64,000 bases of DNA, taken from the IMG/VR virus record IMGVR_UViG_3300031759_000002; one strand, given 5' to 3'. Made by a program: the position numbers and the translations under genes. Shown here one piece after another: positions 9,854 to 20,310 of the stretch. How positions within the stretch are numbered: the first letter of the stretch is position 1; each line of letters begins with the position of its first letter. A model generated the notes under the pieces. It did no database searches. It was not told the DNA's origin and saw only the letters and a program-made list of their open reading frames with translations. Source of the stretch: a virus (Duplodnaviria; Heunggongvirae; Uroviricota; Caudoviricetes).

Positions 9854-10093
9854 ATGACAAAAGAACGAGTAAATCTAATATTGGAAAATACACTTAAAGT
9901 ATTTGGTTCTAGAGAATGGTTTAGAGATGTAGTAGTATATCCCAAACACGAAGATAGTGGACTCCCTACTATTGAACTTAAGGTAAATTATGTGCCTATG
10001 GTGGAACGCAAAAATGTTATCGAGTTCTCTCAGGCGGCTGGGTGTTCTTATTTTTTCACTTTAGTAGACCAAAATGGAAATAAAGCCAACTAA
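9854..10093 (+). CDS. hypothetical protein, at the position expected for a small clamp-loader subunit
   Basis: 79 aa, immediately downstream of the gp44-like gene. No motif recognised. Confidence 0.3.
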   Translation: MTKERVNLILENTLKVFGSREWFRDVVVYPKHEDSGLPTIELKVNYVPMVERKNVIEFSQAAGCSYFFTLVDQNGNKAN

Positions 10094-10175
10094 TTTAAAC
10101 GTTGGGTCATTACATATAATAAATTCATAAAAATAATTTATATTTTTTCCATATTGTACTATATTTATAGTATGT

Positions 10176-10961
10176 ATGGAACATAAAATATATAAATTAC
10201 AAAATAAAATAAATGGAAAATTATACATAGGAAGAACTAAAAATACATTAAATGTTCGTATGAAGACTCATAGGAGTCCATATTCTAATTCATATTTATC
10301 ACGAGCATTACGAAAATACGGAGAACATAATTTTAGTAAAGAAATTATATATACTACTAATAATTTTATAGATGTATGTGAAAAAGAAAAGACTTTTATA
10401 TTAAAATATAATTCATTGGCTCCTACTGGATATAACCTAAATTTAGGAACATATGGAAATGAAGTTATGAGTGAAATTACAAAAAATACATTAAGTAAGT
10501 TAAATCAAGGAAATCATTCTAAAAATAAAAATTCATCATCTAAGTATATAGGAGTTCATCAACGCCGGGACGTAAAAGGAGATACTCATTTTGAGGTTAA
10601 AATATATAAGAATAAAAAGAATTATCGTCATTATTTTCATTCTGAAATTGAAGCTGCTGAGGCATATGATAAAGTTGCTCTCTATTTATATGGGTTAAAC
10701 TGTAAACTTAATTTTTCAGATAAATTATCAGTTTATAGAAATATAAACTTAAAACAATTTTTTATAGAGTTTTGTAAAAAATTTAAGTCTTCTTCCCAAT
10801 ATACTGGAGTATGCAAATCTACTAAAAGAAGTAAACTTCCTTGGAGATCTTATGTTTATATAAATAGAAAATATATTGAATTAGGAACATTTTTAACAGA
10901 AGAAGAAGCATATAATGCTAGAAAAAAATATTTAGAAGAACATAAATTAAATAATGATTAA
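10176..10961 (+). CDS. GIY-YIG homing endonuclease with two AP2-type DNA-binding domains
   Basis: N-terminal KIYKLQNKINGKLYIGRTKN...RMKTHR is a GIY-YIG core. YIGVHQRRDVKGDTHFEVKIY...EIEAAEAYDKVALYLYGLNCKLNF and YTGVCK...WRSYVYI...LGTFLTEEEAYNARKKY are AP2-like. Confidence 0.7.
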   Translation: MEHKIYKLQNKINGKLYIGRTKNTLNVRMKTHRSPYSNSYLSRALRKYGEHNFSKEIIYTTNNFIDVCEKEKTFILKYNSLAPTGYNLNLGTYGNEVMSEITKNTLSKLNQGNHSKNKNSSSKYIGVHQRRDVKGDTHFEVKIYKNKKNYRHYFHSEIEAAEAYDKVALYLYGLNCKLNFSDKLSVYRNINLKQFFIEFCKKFKSSSQYTGVCKSTKRSKLPWRSYVYINRKYIELGTFLTEEEAYNARKKYLEEHKLNND

Positions 10962-12039
10962 TGCTACTTTATCCATAGTATCAAGTTCATTGATACGTGG
11001 AATATTATATTATGGGCAGTACGGAACTAGCGGTTATGCACAGGCTGCAAAAGGATATTTATTTAATTATTTCTCAAGAGGAATACCTATAACATGGGAA
11101 CCATTATATTTCGATGACTCAAAGTTAAATAGTGATGATGTTTACGATATAGTTATAAAATCTTTAATATATAAAGATATAAAAGAATATAATATGGCTA
11201 TATTACATAGTACTCCTGATTTATGGACCAAGTTTTGGATAGATAAAAAGAATAAATTAAAGGATAAATCAGTATACGGATATTGTACTTGGGAAACTAA
11301 TATACTTCCTACTCAATGGGTTAATAGTATAAACTCAACCGTAAATGAAGTATGGTGTCCTTCACAATATAATAAAGCGGCATTTAAAGATTCAGGAGTA
11401 ACTATTCCTATTAAAGTAGTTCCTCATATATTTCTTCCTAAAAAACTTCCCGATAAATCTACTATTAAATTAACTGATAGTATAACGAATAAAGAAATTA
11501 CGTCTCATGATAAATACACGTTTTATTCCATTGGTGAGTTGAATGCTCGTAAAGGCATATCTGATTTAATTCATACATATTGTAAAACATTTAATCGGCA
11601 AGATAATGTCCGATTGATATTAAAAACACATTATAAATCATATAGTAATGAAAATAAAGAGTATTGTAAATCCTTAATAATTGATATATTAAAACAATAT
11701 AATAATACGCCTGAAATAATATGTCTATTAGATAACCTAAGTAGTGATGAAATATTAGCATTACATTCATTGGGAGATTGTTATGTTAGTTTAACTAAAT
11801 CAGAAGGATTTGGACTTACTATATTTGACGCTTTTCATTATAATAATGAAATTATTTGTACTGGTTACGGAGGACAGATAGATTATCTTGGATTTAATTA
11901 TAATGGATTGGTTAAATATAAAATGGGGAAAGTAGAAGGAATGGAATCGTTTTCAAATATATATACCAGTGAAAGTGAATGGGGATTGCCAGACCTAGAA
12001 CATGCTAGTGAATTAATGAAAAAATTTTATAAAATATGA
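10954..12039 (+). CDS. glycosyltransferase, GT-B fold, family 1 (GT4-like)
   Basis: C-terminal SLTKSEGFGLTIFDAFHYNNEIICTGYGGQIDYL matches the GT1 E(x7)E/GGxxE-type motif region. Confidence 0.55.
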   Translation: MINATLSIVSSSLIRGILYYGQYGTSGYAQAAKGYLFNYFSRGIPITWEPLYFDDSKLNSDDVYDIVIKSLIYKDIKEYNMAILHSTPDLWTKFWIDKKNKLKDKSVYGYCTWETNILPTQWVNSINSTVNEVWCPSQYNKAAFKDSGVTIPIKVVPHIFLPKKLPDKSTIKLTDSITNKEITSHDKYTFYSIGELNARKGISDLIHTYCKTFNRQDNVRLILKTHYKSYSNENKEYCKSLIIDILKQYNNTPEIICLLDNLSSDEILALHSLGDCYVSLTKSEGFGLTIFDAFHYNNEIICTGYGGQIDYLGFNYNGLVKYKMGKVEGMESFSNIYTSESEWGLPDLEHASELMKKFYKI

Positions 12040-12884
12040 CTTTTATACATCCAACTGCAATTGTTGAAACAACCTTTTTAGGAGATAATACCAAAATTTG
12101 GGCTTACGCTCATATTTGTAAAGATGCAAAGATAGGTTCTAATTGTGTAATTGGGGAGGGAGTTTATATTGGTCCTTCTGTTACGGTGGGAGATAATTGT
12201 AAAATTCAAAATCATTCTCTCATATATGAAGGCGTAGAAATAGAAAATGATGTATTTATAGGACCAAATGTAATAACTACAAATGATTTTTTTCCAAGAG
12301 CAATAGGAGATTGGAAACATAGATTTATGAAAACGTACATAAAAAAGGGTGCTAGTATATGTGCCAATGTAACATTGGTGTGTGGAAATGAAATAGGGGA
12401 AAATTCTATGGTAGGAGCAGGTTCTGTAGTTACTCATAATGTTGAGCCTAATGATATAGTATATGGAAATCCGGCAATTTCAAAAAAAGAATTACAATGT
12501 CCTGTAATAAGTATTTTACGTGGAATGACTGATGGATATTATGTCAATATTGATAATGCATATGATATGGGTATTTTGAAATCTCAATTTAATTGGGACG
12601 GTATTGAATTAACAAGTAAAGATTATCCATTACATCAAACAATGCAATCTAAAAGATGTCCTACAATATTATATTTTGTGGCAATTCGTGATTTTATAGA
12701 TGTTTCTATAATTAAATCTTTTTTAGATGATGAGCAGAATTTTACTAAACGCAGAGTAATAATATTTAGATTATTTCATAGCGATGAAATGAAAAAATTT
12801 TTAACTGATAATTATTATACATTTATTTATAGAAATGGAATGTATGACTATTTTATTCACACTTTATGGGATAATTTATTATGA
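12036..12884 (+). CDS. left-handed beta-helix (hexapeptide) sugar N-acetyltransferase (PglD/WbbJ/NeuD-like) with an extra C-terminal domain
   Basis: Hexapeptide repeats: IGSNCVIGEGVYIGPSVTVGDNCKIQNHSLIYEGVEIENDVFIGPNV...GAGSVVTHNVEPNDIVYGNPA. Confidence 0.6.
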   Translation: MTFIHPTAIVETTFLGDNTKIWAYAHICKDAKIGSNCVIGEGVYIGPSVTVGDNCKIQNHSLIYEGVEIENDVFIGPNVITTNDFFPRAIGDWKHRFMKTYIKKGASICANVTLVCGNEIGENSMVGAGSVVTHNVEPNDIVYGNPAISKKELQCPVISILRGMTDGYYVNIDNAYDMGILKSQFNWDGIELTSKDYPLHQTMQSKRCPTILYFVAIRDFIDVSIIKSFLDDEQNFTKRRVIIFRLFHSDEMKKFLTDNYYTFIYRNGMYDYFIHTLWDNLL

Positions 12885-13831
12885 AAAAACATTTAAGAAT
12901 TTTATATGGATGTGATGATAGGTTAGAATTGACTGCGAATACAATAAAAGTATCTAAGCAGTATTTTGATACGTGTGGTATTCTTAATAGCGGACCATTG
13001 GAGTTTAAAGAAAAATTACAAAAAGAAGTTGGAAATGATGTACGAGTAGATCAGTTTCAACAATTTTTTGAATTAGAATCTGCTCGCCGTGCTCAAATAC
13101 GTGATATACCATTCGATGATTGGTGTATGTGGTTGGATGCTGACGAAACCCCAGCACCATCCCTTCTAAAAGATCTTAATAAAATAACAGAATTTTGCGA
13201 ATTGAATAATCATAGTTGTGTTCGATTATGCTATGCTCATCATCAAGAAGGTATTTATAATCCAAGTCCAGTTCCACAGAACACCGAAGAATTTATGAAC
13301 TGTCCGGGACTGTTTGTTGGTGCTAGATATATAAAAAAGAAAAAAAATATAGAATTGATGACAAATTTTGGAGCACATGAACTGTTTAGAAATGAAGATG
13401 ATAGATGGGTATATATGCCTTATTTTATTAACCATATGAAATCTCATTTACAGTATTTTCAGTCTGTAACATTATCTGGATTTATGAATCCATACGTTCA
13501 TGTAAATAACAATTTATCAATTGGTGATTTAATAAAAACTCCAGAATATCAAAATTTAAAAACATTTAAGAAAAAATGGAATATAATAACCTCTAATGAT
13601 TTGATTAAAAAATTAAAAATAGAGAACAATTCTAATTTTAGAGAGGAATTAAGAATATTGTTTATGTCATTTCCTGCATTATATAGTAAAGAATCTGAAC
13701 GATATAATAATAATGTATTGACTGCCTTTACATATATGCGAGAGTTTGCCGAGAAATATAATTTAAATGTAGAAAGTCCATATTATAAATGTAGAAAAGA
13801 ATGTTGTAAGTACGATAATATTCAGTTATAA
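12881..13831 (+). CDS. hypothetical protein, possible glycosyltransferase-like (WLDADE, DxD-like)
   Basis: Overlapping start/stop with neighbours in the same operon. LDADE motif only. Confidence 0.35.
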   Translation: MKKHLRILYGCDDRLELTANTIKVSKQYFDTCGILNSGPLEFKEKLQKEVGNDVRVDQFQQFFELESARRAQIRDIPFDDWCMWLDADETPAPSLLKDLNKITEFCELNNHSCVRLCYAHHQEGIYNPSPVPQNTEEFMNCPGLFVGARYIKKKKNIELMTNFGAHELFRNEDDRWVYMPYFINHMKSHLQYFQSVTLSGFMNPYVHVNNNLSIGDLIKTPEYQNLKTFKKKWNIITSNDLIKKLKIENNSNFREELRILFMSFPALYSKESERYNNNVLTAFTYMREFAEKYNLNVESPYYKCRKECCKYDNIQL

Positions 13832-14841
13832 TGAAAATCCATATATCTCATAATAAAGTGTGTTATGGAAGAATTATTCCTTTAATTACAACATTGTCAA
13901 AAAACAATGAAGTAACTGTAAGTGATACTCTTGATATTCCGTCATCTGATATATGGTTGGTAGATTGGTATGATGTAAATATGCAAAAACTGACTGATAG
14001 AATAAATTCAAATGAAGATAAATTTTTAAAATATAAAGGAAAGTTATTACCTATAAGTTTAGACGATGGAAGTTTTACAGTAACTATAGGAATTAAAAAT
14101 ACTATAGTACATAGAATTGATGGTTGGATTACCGGTATGATATGGGATTTTGATTATGGATTATATGATTCATCATTGATAAATAAGTTTATATTGGTTC
14201 CTAGATTTCATATAGACAATTTAAATGTTACTATTCCATCTACAAAAATAAACCAATTGGTATTTTGGGGAAGCACTACGGGAGGTCTTAAATTAAATAA
14301 TAAAAATCCAAGAGTAGAATGTTTAAAAATTATAGACGATGATCCATATCTAAAATCTAATTTTAAAGGAGGATTAGTATTCAATTATATAATAGATTCC
14401 GAAGAATCTGATGAATATAAATCTACTTATCAAAAGTTTGTAGTTCCTATAATATCCAATAAAGAATGGTGGAATATTCTATCTAATTCTACGTTATGTT
14501 TGAGCCTTGAAGGAAATACTGTATTTTCATATCGTCCATTAGAAGCAATGCGGTCAAAATCGACAATTATATCGGCACCATTTTTAAAAGATCCCGGTAT
14601 TTGGTTGTTTTCGGATAAATTACAAAAATGCGTCTGGTTTTATAAAAAGGATTTAAGTGATTTTAAACAAATCTGCGAAACCGCATTATTAAACGAAGAA
14701 AAAACAAAACAAATGTCGGATGAAGCATTTGATATTTATAAGACATGGTTTGAAGACGAACCTGATAAAACATATAATAAAAAAGTTATGTCTCAGTTTT
14801 GTGATAAGTTTGAAAGTTTAACAAATATAAGATTACTATGA
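13831..14841 (+). CDS. hypothetical protein
   Basis: 336-aa ORF in the operon. No motif recognised. Confidence 0.35.
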   Translation: MKIHISHNKVCYGRIIPLITTLSKNNEVTVSDTLDIPSSDIWLVDWYDVNMQKLTDRINSNEDKFLKYKGKLLPISLDDGSFTVTIGIKNTIVHRIDGWITGMIWDFDYGLYDSSLINKFILVPRFHIDNLNVTIPSTKINQLVFWGSTTGGLKLNNKNPRVECLKIIDDDPYLKSNFKGGLVFNYIIDSEESDEYKSTYQKFVVPIISNKEWWNILSNSTLCLSLEGNTVFSYRPLEAMRSKSTIISAPFLKDPGIWLFSDKLQKCVWFYKKDLSDFKQICETALLNEEKTKQMSDEAFDIYKTWFEDEPDKTYNKKVMSQFCDKFESLTNIRLL

Positions 14842-15440
14842 ATGATACATTTAATGGATGGAACCATATAGATTATAATAATTTGGAAATTGTAGCCGAT
14901 TATATATTAACAGGAAAGACTGTTAATGAGTTTAATCCTGATACGTCAATATATGAATTATTAGATAAGTCTCGACCATTATCTATTTTAGATTTTGGAT
15001 GTGGTATAGGTAGAAATACATATGGAATGGGAAACTATTCTGATAATTGGAATGTGGTTGGATATGATAATTTAAAAATGCTTAATTTAACATCCGTATA
15101 TTGTAAATTAAAATATGATAGACAATTTTTAAATGTGAAGTTTATAAATGATTGGGAACTAATTAAAAGTATAAAGTTTGATGTTATTTATTGTAGTTTG
15201 GTGCTTCAACATATATATGAAAAGGATTTAAATACATATTTAACTGATTTTAAAAAAATTACATCTAAACTAATAGTCCATGGTCGCCGGTTTAATGATG
15301 ATAGAATTGATAATCAATATAAAAATACATGGAATATATTAGAAAATAATGGATTTTCACCATCTAACAGATATGAAACTGATTATTCCATAGAAGGAAA
15401 TCCAGAAGAACATACTTTATGTATTTACGATATTAAATGA
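14838..15440 (+). CDS. class I SAM-dependent methyltransferase
   Basis: Motif I ILDFGCGIGRNTYGM. The post-I acidic residue follows. Confidence 0.55.
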   Translation: MNDTFNGWNHIDYNNLEIVADYILTGKTVNEFNPDTSIYELLDKSRPLSILDFGCGIGRNTYGMGNYSDNWNVVGYDNLKMLNLTSVYCKLKYDRQFLNVKFINDWELIKSIKFDVIYCSLVLQHIYEKDLNTYLTDFKKITSKLIVHGRRFNDDRIDNQYKNTWNILENNGFSPSNRYETDYSIEGNPEEHTLCIYDIK

Positions 15441-15452
15441 TATTTATAGTGT

Positions 15453-16052
15453 ATGAGTAAATATAAAGATATTATTACCGAAAATGCATTTGATGGCGGA
15501 ATGGGAGGGAACAATGGTTCTATTAGTTATGCTCCTAGTTTAAGTACATTTGCTTCTCCCAATGTAAGTCAAAATCCCAATTCATTTACATCTAATAATG
15601 GAAATAAAGCACTTGGAACCAATAGTAATACTCGACAAGATGTAACCAATCAGCAAGATTTAAACAAAGATGTTGATGATATTTTTTCTAAAAAAGAAAA
15701 ACCTACCGTAGATGATATAGAAATGGGACTGGATTATGAGTTAGGTAAAATGATTAAGAAAGATAAAGCCAAAGCCAAAGAGATTGTTCTTTCCAATTTG
15801 AAAAAAGACCCTAAATATTATAGAAATTTAAATATGTTAAACTCATCCGAAGACGCACTTACAATGAATATGAAAGAATCCATAAACCTAAAAGACGGAG
15901 TAAATATTGAAGAAACTAAAAAAATATTTGCTGACATGTTTAAAGCCAGAGAAAAGAAATATGATGTAGACCAGCGAATTGTTGATGCTTTTAGAGATAC
16001 ATTAAAGAATAAAGAAAATAGAATGTTAGACGGGAAAAAGAGAATATTTTAA
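15453..16052 (+). CDS. hypothetical protein with an N/S-rich N-terminus
   Basis: ORF only. Confidence 0.3.
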   Translation: MSKYKDIITENAFDGGMGGNNGSISYAPSLSTFASPNVSQNPNSFTSNNGNKALGTNSNTRQDVTNQQDLNKDVDDIFSKKEKPTVDDIEMGLDYELGKMIKKDKAKAKEIVLSNLKKDPKYYRNLNMLNSSEDALTMNMKESINLKDGVNIEETKKIFADMFKAREKKYDVDQRIVDAFRDTLKNKENRMLDGKKRIF

Positions 16053-16076
16053 ATCTTAACTAAGAGTTACATAAAA

Positions 16077-17030
16077 ATGAATAACAAATTATTGTTTGGT
16101 TCTGGATGGTATAATATTGAAAAGGATGAATTGGGCAACTCGTTTATTTGGTCTGGAAGAGAATCTGAATTAATTTTAATTGATAACTCTATTAGATGTA
16201 TAGACCTAATATTTAACTCAGATGAATATACTTCGAAAACATTAATAGTTTCACATGGCAAATTAGAAGAAGAATATATTTTAAATATAGGAGTAAATTC
16301 ATTTAAGTTTTACCCTGATTTATCATTAAAATCAAAATCAAAGATAATAATAAAAACTCCATCTCCATTTTGTCCTAAAGATGAAATTAAAAACTCTAAC
16401 GATGTTAGAGAATTGGGACAAAAATTAATATCTATAAATATAGATGGCGGGGGAATAGAAATTTCGTCTATATTATCCAGTGCTAGAATGTTTGAAATAA
16501 ATCCCAATATTAAACTTAATAGTGTTGATTCCTTGGGAATATCTACTTTTTGTATTACTACCCCAACTTCTTCAGTTAATAGTGTTATAGTTAAAGAAAC
16601 AAATCCAATATTGTTTAATAAATCCACACTAAAAACGAATGAAAATTTTAATGATTTTATAACTTATTATACATTATTAAATAATATTTTATCATATACT
16701 GATAATCATATATTAATAATTAATGATGGAGTTAAGTTTATTCCGGATTTTAATGAATATTTTCCTAATTTTTTTAAGCAAGTTCCATCTTCATGGGATA
16801 TAGTTTATATAGGATATGATAATATAGAAGAAACTAAAGTAATAGTTAATTCTAAGATTATAAGCGGAGTTCCTACTAATTTTAAATCTATTATAATAAA
16901 TAAAAATATCATTCCAATTTTAATTAATTCATTGGAACTATCCGAACTGTCTTTTAATAATCAATTAAAAAATATTATCTTAAATAAAGGACTTCTATCA
17001 TATCTGTTTACTCCTTCATTTTCTGTTTAA
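16077..17030 (+). CDS. hypothetical protein
   Basis: 317-aa ORF. No motif recognised. Confidence 0.35.
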   Translation: MNNKLLFGSGWYNIEKDELGNSFIWSGRESELILIDNSIRCIDLIFNSDEYTSKTLIVSHGKLEEEYILNIGVNSFKFYPDLSLKSKSKIIIKTPSPFCPKDEIKNSNDVRELGQKLISINIDGGGIEISSILSSARMFEINPNIKLNSVDSLGISTFCITTPTSSVNSVIVKETNPILFNKSTLKTNENFNDFITYYTLLNNILSYTDNHILIINDGVKFIPDFNEYFPNFFKQVPSSWDIVYIGYDNIEETKVIVNSKIISGVPTNFKSIIINKNIIPILINSLELSELSFNNQLKNIILNKGLLSYLFTPSFSV

Positions 17031-17042
17031 ATACTTCTTACT

Positions 17043-17070
17043 TTGACTATTTTTATTATATTTATATATT
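17043..17070 (+). promoter_or_regulatory. consensus phage promoter TTGACT-N16-TATATT abutting ATG 17071
   Basis: -35 at 17043..17048, 16-nt spacer, -10 at 17065..17070. Confidence 0.45.
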
Positions 17071-18300
17071 ATGAGTAATAAATATTTTATCAAGACCGGT
17101 TTAAACGAATTTTCTGTTAATCCTAATTTTAACGATGACAATGTTGAAAAGGATGATGTTAGTGTTCCGTCGCAAGACGAGCAACCGACAGCACCGGATA
17201 ATTCATCAGATATGAAAAATCCATTTACTAATGATACTCAAGAAGTAGATGCCGATGTTACTCCAAAAACTCCTACTAAATCTGCATTGGGAGGATATGA
17301 CAAAGTAGAAAATGCTAAAGAAAACAGCACAATCTATGATAAAACACCTGAAAACTCTGATTTAAACGATCCTTCACAATTAAAGAACGACCAGCCAGAA
17401 ACCGAAGAAGAGGAACATCCATATCAGTTACAGGCTGGAGAAGTTGACGATGCCCATGAATTAGAAGTAGATATTGAAAATCCATCAGAATTAGGAATTG
17501 ACAAACCCGATATTCGTCCTGCCGGAACACCCGAACAAGAAACTCCAGAACCTAATAGTAATCAAGATGCATTGGCTATTAAAGTTGATGAGAGTGTATT
17601 TAAAACTCCTGATAGAAATGCTAATAGACGCTTAGATAGAATATGGAAGAATACACATCCCGATACTAAACCACTTCCCCGTAGAGGAAGTGAAAGAATG
17701 GGTGGAGCCGATACTTCTGCTATTAAACCTCATAAGATGTATGAACCAAATCAAAAAGATCCATATACTGGAACGGATATGGAAACTGGTATTCAAGGAA
17801 TGGACGAAGATAAATCGGGTGGAAAGTTTATGGATGAAAAAGGAACGTATCCAGCATTTGCTTGGCCGGGAATGTATCCTTTATATTATATAACTAAAGA
17901 TGGTGGAGCTTTATGTCCTTTATGTGCAGACCAGAATAAAGAACTAACACTTGATCCAAATGATGCTCAATGGTTCATAGTTGCATCAGAACCTAATTAT
18001 GAAAATGCCGATTTAACTTGCGACCATTGTAACCAGCCGATTGAAAGTGCATATGCCGATAAAACAGAACCTGAAAGAAATCCATTAGATGCTCCAAAAG
18101 GAGAACGTGATGTTTTAACTGCCGACGAAAAAGAAGAACAAGGTGGCATGGATGAAGATAGCGGACAAGCATTGCCATTAAGTGAAAAAATATCAAAATT
18201 GAAAGCTCTTAAAGAGTCATATGCCAGAAAGCCTTTTTTGACTATGAAACAAGTATTATTGGTAAAACAAATTAATGAAGTTTTAAAGAAAGTAAAATAA
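17071..18300 (+). CDS. highly acidic, probably disordered protein with a C-terminal Cys cluster; GC noticeably above local background
   Basis: D/E/P-rich for about 270 aa. CPLCADQ...CDHCNQ. Confidence 0.45.
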   Translation: MSNKYFIKTGLNEFSVNPNFNDDNVEKDDVSVPSQDEQPTAPDNSSDMKNPFTNDTQEVDADVTPKTPTKSALGGYDKVENAKENSTIYDKTPENSDLNDPSQLKNDQPETEEEEHPYQLQAGEVDDAHELEVDIENPSELGIDKPDIRPAGTPEQETPEPNSNQDALAIKVDESVFKTPDRNANRRLDRIWKNTHPDTKPLPRRGSERMGGADTSAIKPHKMYEPNQKDPYTGTDMETGIQGMDEDKSGGKFMDEKGTYPAFAWPGMYPLYYITKDGGALCPLCADQNKELTLDPNDAQWFIVASEPNYENADLTCDHCNQPIESAYADKTEPERNPLDAPKGERDVLTADEKEEQGGMDEDSGQALPLSEKISKLKALKESYARKPFLTMKQVLLVKQINEVLKKVK

Positions 18301-18306
18301 TTTTAT

Positions 18307-18708
18307 ATGGATAATTCTAAAAAAGAATTATTAAAAAAATATATAGCAATTTTATATAAAAAAATTGCCGATGGTGAGGGACTGAAAACAATTCCTCGTA
18401 TTGTTTTAGTAACCGACGAAGAAAATGCTTCTAAAGATCCTATTGGTTATACTGCTTATTATAATCCAGAAGATAATTCAATAAAATTATATATAGTAGG
18501 AAGGCTTATTGTTGATATACTTAGAAGTTTTGCTCATGAATGTGTCCACCAAAAACAACGAGAACGTGGAGACCTTACTGGAAATGAAGATGCTGGATCG
18601 GGGTATGCCCAAAACAATCCAAAACTTAGAAAATTAGAAGAAGAAGCATTTCTTAAAGGATCTCTTTATTTACGTGATTTACAAGACGAATTACGGAATA
18701 AAAAATAA
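18307..18708 (+). CDS. hypothetical protein
   Basis: ORF only. Confidence 0.35.
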   Translation: MDNSKKELLKKYIAILYKKIADGEGLKTIPRIVLVTDEENASKDPIGYTAYYNPEDNSIKLYIVGRLIVDILRSFAHECVHQKQRERGDLTGNEDAGSGYAQNNPKLRKLEEEAFLKGSLYLRDLQDELRNKK

Positions 18709-18916
18709 TTTCACTTTTTTACGATTTCGGGATTTTATGATTATATGTATAGTCATATGAAAGAATTAACCGAAAATCTAAAAAACATAAGTATTGAGGA
18801 AATAAACCATACATTTCTTAAAACTTATTGTTCCTCCAATAAACTTAAATTAAATAAATATATAAACGATGTATTAGAAGAACATATTAAAATATTAAAA
18901 AATAAATCTAAGTGAT

Positions 18917-19876
18917 ATGTCTCGGAAAAATACATTGATAGATTTTATAAATAAATCTAATGTAAAACATAATAACTATTTTATATATGAAAAAGTATCA
19001 TATGTAAACAATAAAATACCGGTTATAATTATATGTCCTAAACATGGAGAGTTTATCATTCGTCCAGATAGTCATTTACATGGGCAAGGATGTAAGAAAT
19101 GCGGTATAGATAAAAGGTCAATATTGTCTGTGATTTCGATTGATGTTACCCTTAAACGGTTGTATAATATTCATAAACATAGTTTTATATATTGTGTGGA
19201 TGGTAATAATATTAAACGAGAAGATAGTATAACAGCAAAATGTAGTATTTGTAATTTTATATTTAGTAGAAAATTGGATACATTTTTAATTAAATCGGTG
19301 GGATGTCCCTCATGTAATGGATGCATAGATCATAATACCGACACATTTAAGATAAAGGCAATATCAATTCATAAAATGTTATATGATTATAAATTAGTTA
19401 ATTATATTGATACCTATATTCCTGTTAAAATTATATGTAATATGTGTAACCATATATTCGATCAACGTCCAAACGACCATTTTGACGGACATGGATGTCC
19501 GTATTGTATTCGAAGGATATCTAAACCGGAATTATTATTTTTGGAATATTGTAAAATACCAAATGATGTTAATCATAGACAGGTAAACATTTTACGAAAA
19601 AAAGTAGATGGATATGATCCAACGACTAATACAATTTATGAATTTTTGGGAGATTATTGGCATGGTAATCCATCTAAATATCCCAATAATAATATACATC
19701 CGGTTGTAAAAATAACATATAGGGAATTATATAATAGAACAGTCAACCGTATGAGTTATTTATATAAAAACGGATATAATATAAAATATGTATGGGAAAC
19801 CGAATGGAATATGTTTACTTTAAATAAGTTAAATAAAATCCCAATTAAAGAATATATCCCTAATATTTATATATAG
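18917..19876 (+). CDS. putative homing/repair endonuclease: three Zn-ribbon-like repeats plus a Vsr/DUF559-like PD-(D/E)XK domain
   Basis: Repeats: CPKHGEF...GCKKCG, CSICNF...GCPSCNG, CNMCNH...GCPYCI. C-terminal YEFLGDYWHGNP resembles Vsr FVDGCFWHGH. Ends with a TAG stop at 19874..19876. Confidence 0.5.
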   Translation: MSRKNTLIDFINKSNVKHNNYFIYEKVSYVNNKIPVIIICPKHGEFIIRPDSHLHGQGCKKCGIDKRSILSVISIDVTLKRLYNIHKHSFIYCVDGNNIKREDSITAKCSICNFIFSRKLDTFLIKSVGCPSCNGCIDHNTDTFKIKAISIHKMLYDYKLVNYIDTYIPVKIICNMCNHIFDQRPNDHFDGHGCPYCIRRISKPELLFLEYCKIPNDVNHRQVNILRKKVDGYDPTTNTIYEFLGDYWHGNPSKYPNNNIHPVVKITYRELYNRTVNRMSYLYKNGYNIKYVWETEWNMFTLNKLNKIPIKEYIPNIYI

Positions 19877-19878
19877 TT

Positions 19879-20085
19879 ATGAATAACGAACAATTATTGA
19901 GTTGGTCAGCGGCAGATTATAAAGCACTTGAATCATTTTGTAAAAAAAATGGTATATCTGGGTTTCAAGTTGGTAATGTCAATCCTAAAATAGCATTGGC
20001 TATGTTAAAAAGACAAGTTCAAGAGTCTAATGAAGACAATACTACTGAATCTTTTAATTCTAAAAAAACATTACTATTAGGATAA
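19879..20085 (+). CDS. hypothetical protein
   Basis: ORF only. Confidence 0.3.
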   Translation: MNNEQLLSWSAADYKALESFCKKNGISGFQVGNVNPKIALAMLKRQVQESNEDNTTESFNSKKTLLLG

Positions 20086-20087
20086 TT

Positions 20088-20306
20088 ATGTCAGATGAAA
20101 TCAAAGATACGACAGTTCCTTCGACAAAGCCAGACGGCTCTATGTTATTTGGAATAAGTTCAAGAGCAGTTATTGCAATATTATTAGTTTTAACTGTATG
20201 TATTATGTCTGCGCTAGGAATCCCTATCGTTGAACCAATTTATACATTGGTATTAACCGTTGTAGCTTTTTACTTCGGTCATATCCAAGGGTCTAATAAA
20301 AAATAA
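20088..20306 (+). CDS. small membrane protein (one or two TM helices)
   Basis: Hydrophobic stretch AVIAILLVLTVCIMSALGIPIV...VLTVVAFYFG. Confidence 0.35.
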   Translation: MSDEIKDTTVPSTKPDGSMLFGISSRAVIAILLVLTVCIMSALGIPIVEPIYTLVLTVVAFYFGHIQGSNKK

Positions 20307-20310
20307 AATT

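Noticed and set aside
9854-10093. Calling the 79-aa ORF after gp44 a gp62 clamp-loader small subunit
   Set aside because: It is less than half the length of T4 gp62 and no motif similarity is visible by eye. Kept as hypothetical with a positional note only.
18709-18916. 208-nt gap and other gaps (8717..8891, 29217..29407) inspected for tRNA or small structured RNA genes
   Set aside because: No cloverleaf-compatible stems or conserved tRNA boxes were seen. The gaps contain short basic ORFs or promoter-like AT-rich sequence only. No tRNA, rRNA or tmRNA could be supported anywhere in the window.
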